Of a stretch of 35,606 nucleotides of DNA, positions 34,144 to 35,606 are shown in pieces; position 1 is the first letter of the stretch; every line of letters starts with the position of its first letter. Source of the DNA: Chiloscyllium plagiosum (Eukaryota). The notes under the pieces are model-generated. The model saw nothing but the letters and a program-made list of their open reading frames with translations, was not told the origin of the DNA and searched no databases. The DNA lies in assembly GCF_004010195.1 (NCBI RefSeq), contig NC_057718.1, forward strand, positions 74,344,295-74,379,900, read 5' to 3'. The position numbers and the translations under genes are program-made.

Positions 34144-34900
34144 TTAAATTCGTGATAAAATATTTGCGATAGTATTTTCATGACCCACAACGCGTACAGT
34201 CTGTAAATTAAATGCTTGTAACATGAGACTCCTACAAAATAATCTGGCATTCTTGTCCTTAAATCTTTCCAGAAATGTCAAAGGATTGTGATTGGTACAC
34301 ACAATTGTCTCTATTGCATTGTTTGCAACATGGACATTAAAATGGTGTAAGGCCATTTCTAAACTTAATAACTCTTTTTCAATGAATGGATATTTTTTCT
34401 GGTGGATATTGAGTTTTTTTAAAAAATAACCTATTGGCCACACTCATCCTCCTGTAACAATGAACATTCAACACCTACATCACTTGTGTCAATAGTGACT
34501 TTAAAGGGTTTCAAAAAAGGGCGTGGCTAAAGCTTTTAAATTCTCAAATGCCTCCTGGAATTGGTCTGTCCACTGAAATTTTGTGTTCATTTTCCAAAAA
34601 AATGTCAATGGTGCCACTGCACTACTCAAGCTTTATAAATATTTCCTGTAGAATTCTCTCAATCCTAAAAATCGTAGCACTTCCTTCTTCAAGGATGGTC
34701 TTGGGAATTCCTCGGTGACCTTCGACTTCACATTCCTCGGTGTCATCTGTCCGTATCCAATGTTGTGCCTTAAGAATGTCACTTCCGCCTTCGTAAATTC
34801 TGTTTATGCCAAAGTTATGACCAACTTTGCCTTCTGCAGTCTCTCAAAGAGCTCCATCAAATGATCGTTGTACGAATGGCTAAAGATCATTGAGTCATCT
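34144..34900 (-). mobile_element. Ty3/Gypsy pol 3' end (RT thumb + RNase H), Gmr1-like, decayed
   Basis: ELFERLQKAKL..EVTFLRHNIG..FPRPSLKKEVLRFLGL, KVTIDTSDVGV, and PIGYFLKKLNIHQKKYPFIEKELLSL..TNHNPLTFL..GHENTIANILSRI-stop. Confidence 0.9.
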
Positions 34901-34904
34901 ATTT

Positions 34905-35043
34905 AAATTAGATTAGATTATTTACAGTGTGGAAACAGGCCCTTTGGCCCACCGGGTCCACACCGACCCGCCGAAGCATAACCCACCCAGACCCATTCCC
35001 CTACACCTAACACTATGGGCAATTTAGCATGACCAATTCACCA
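34905..35043 (-). mobile_element. HE1-like SINE 3' half
   Basis: Matches 8015-8152 and has an (attag)n tail. Confidence 0.88.
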
Positions 35044-35183
35044 CACTTTATCGACTTGCCAGTACTGTGAAGTAAGTCCAGCTTTGTGATATAAATTGGC
35101 TTCTCCTACATTATCCACACAATTACTCAGCTTTAGAATTGGGTATGAGTCAGATTTTGTCACAGCATTGACCTTCCTGCATT

Positions 35184-35341
35184 GGGCGGCATGGCGGCTC
35201 AGTAGTTAGCACTGCTGCCTCACAGCGCCAGGGACCTGGGTTTGAGTCCAACCTCAAGTGACTGTCTGTATCGAGTTTGCACATTCTCCCTGAGTCTGCG
35301 TGAGTTTCCTCAGGGTGCTCTGGTTTCCTCCCACAATCCAA
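35184..35341 (+). mobile_element. HE1-like SINE 5' half
   Basis: gggcggcatggcggctcagtagttagcactgctgcctcacagcgccaggg..tttcctcccacaatccaa. Confidence 0.88.
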
Positions 35342-35351
35342 ATTCAAAGAG

Positions 35352-35606
35352 GGCCGTTCCCCTCAAGAACAAGTATACCGTTTTGGATACTTGTGGGGGG
35401 GATGACTTACCAGGGGTAAGTAACGGGGCTCAGGTCTCTGGCACGGAGCCTGTCCCCGTTACTCAGAAGGGAAGGGTGGAGAAGAGCAGAGCAATAGTAA
35501 TTGGGGACTCGATAGTTCGGGGCACAGATAGGCGGTTTTGTGGGAATGAGAGAGACTCACGTTTGGTATGTTGCCTTCCAGGTGCAAGGATACGTGATGT
35601 CACTGA
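35352..35606 (+). mobile_element. CR1 LINE ORF1 (SGNH/GDSL esterase domain), running off the window
   Basis: An open frame from 35353 reads AVPLKNKYTVLDT..AIVIGDSIVRGTDRRFCGNERDSRLVCCLPGARIRDV. It is absent from the ORF track because it has no stop in the window. Confidence 0.88.

Noticed and set aside
1..35606. CRISPR array or prokaryotic defence/RT system
   Set aside because: There is no repeat-spacer periodicity or operon structure, and all RT and nuclease motifs belong to eukaryotic retroelements.

Overview
This is vertebrate nuclear DNA, most likely from a shark or other cartilaginous fish (inferred from HE1-like tRNA SINEs and the CR1 and Penelope repertoire). Most of the window is decayed retroelements, and two N gaps lie at about 21006-21294 and 29384-29646. 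No intact host gene is recognisable; almost all ORFs in the track are retroelement fragments or antisense shadows. It contains many CR1-clade LINE fragments (two distinct groups), L2 and RTE relics, tRNA-derived SINEs whose 3' tails match resident LINEs, and the 3' part of a Gypsy element whose pol ends in RNase H (Gmr1-like domain order). The most notable content is a dense set of Penelope-like element (PLE) insertions from about four sequence families. Several are fold-back palindromes with target-site duplications, an unpaired 35-38 nt 3' tail in three cases, and minimal hammerhead ribozyme motifs. One PLE is bracketed by a perfect 38-bp inverted copy of its flanking DNA. A 2-kb repeat-poor island (5650-7790) may hold a host exon. 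All calls were made by eye, and boundaries of old repeats are approximate.
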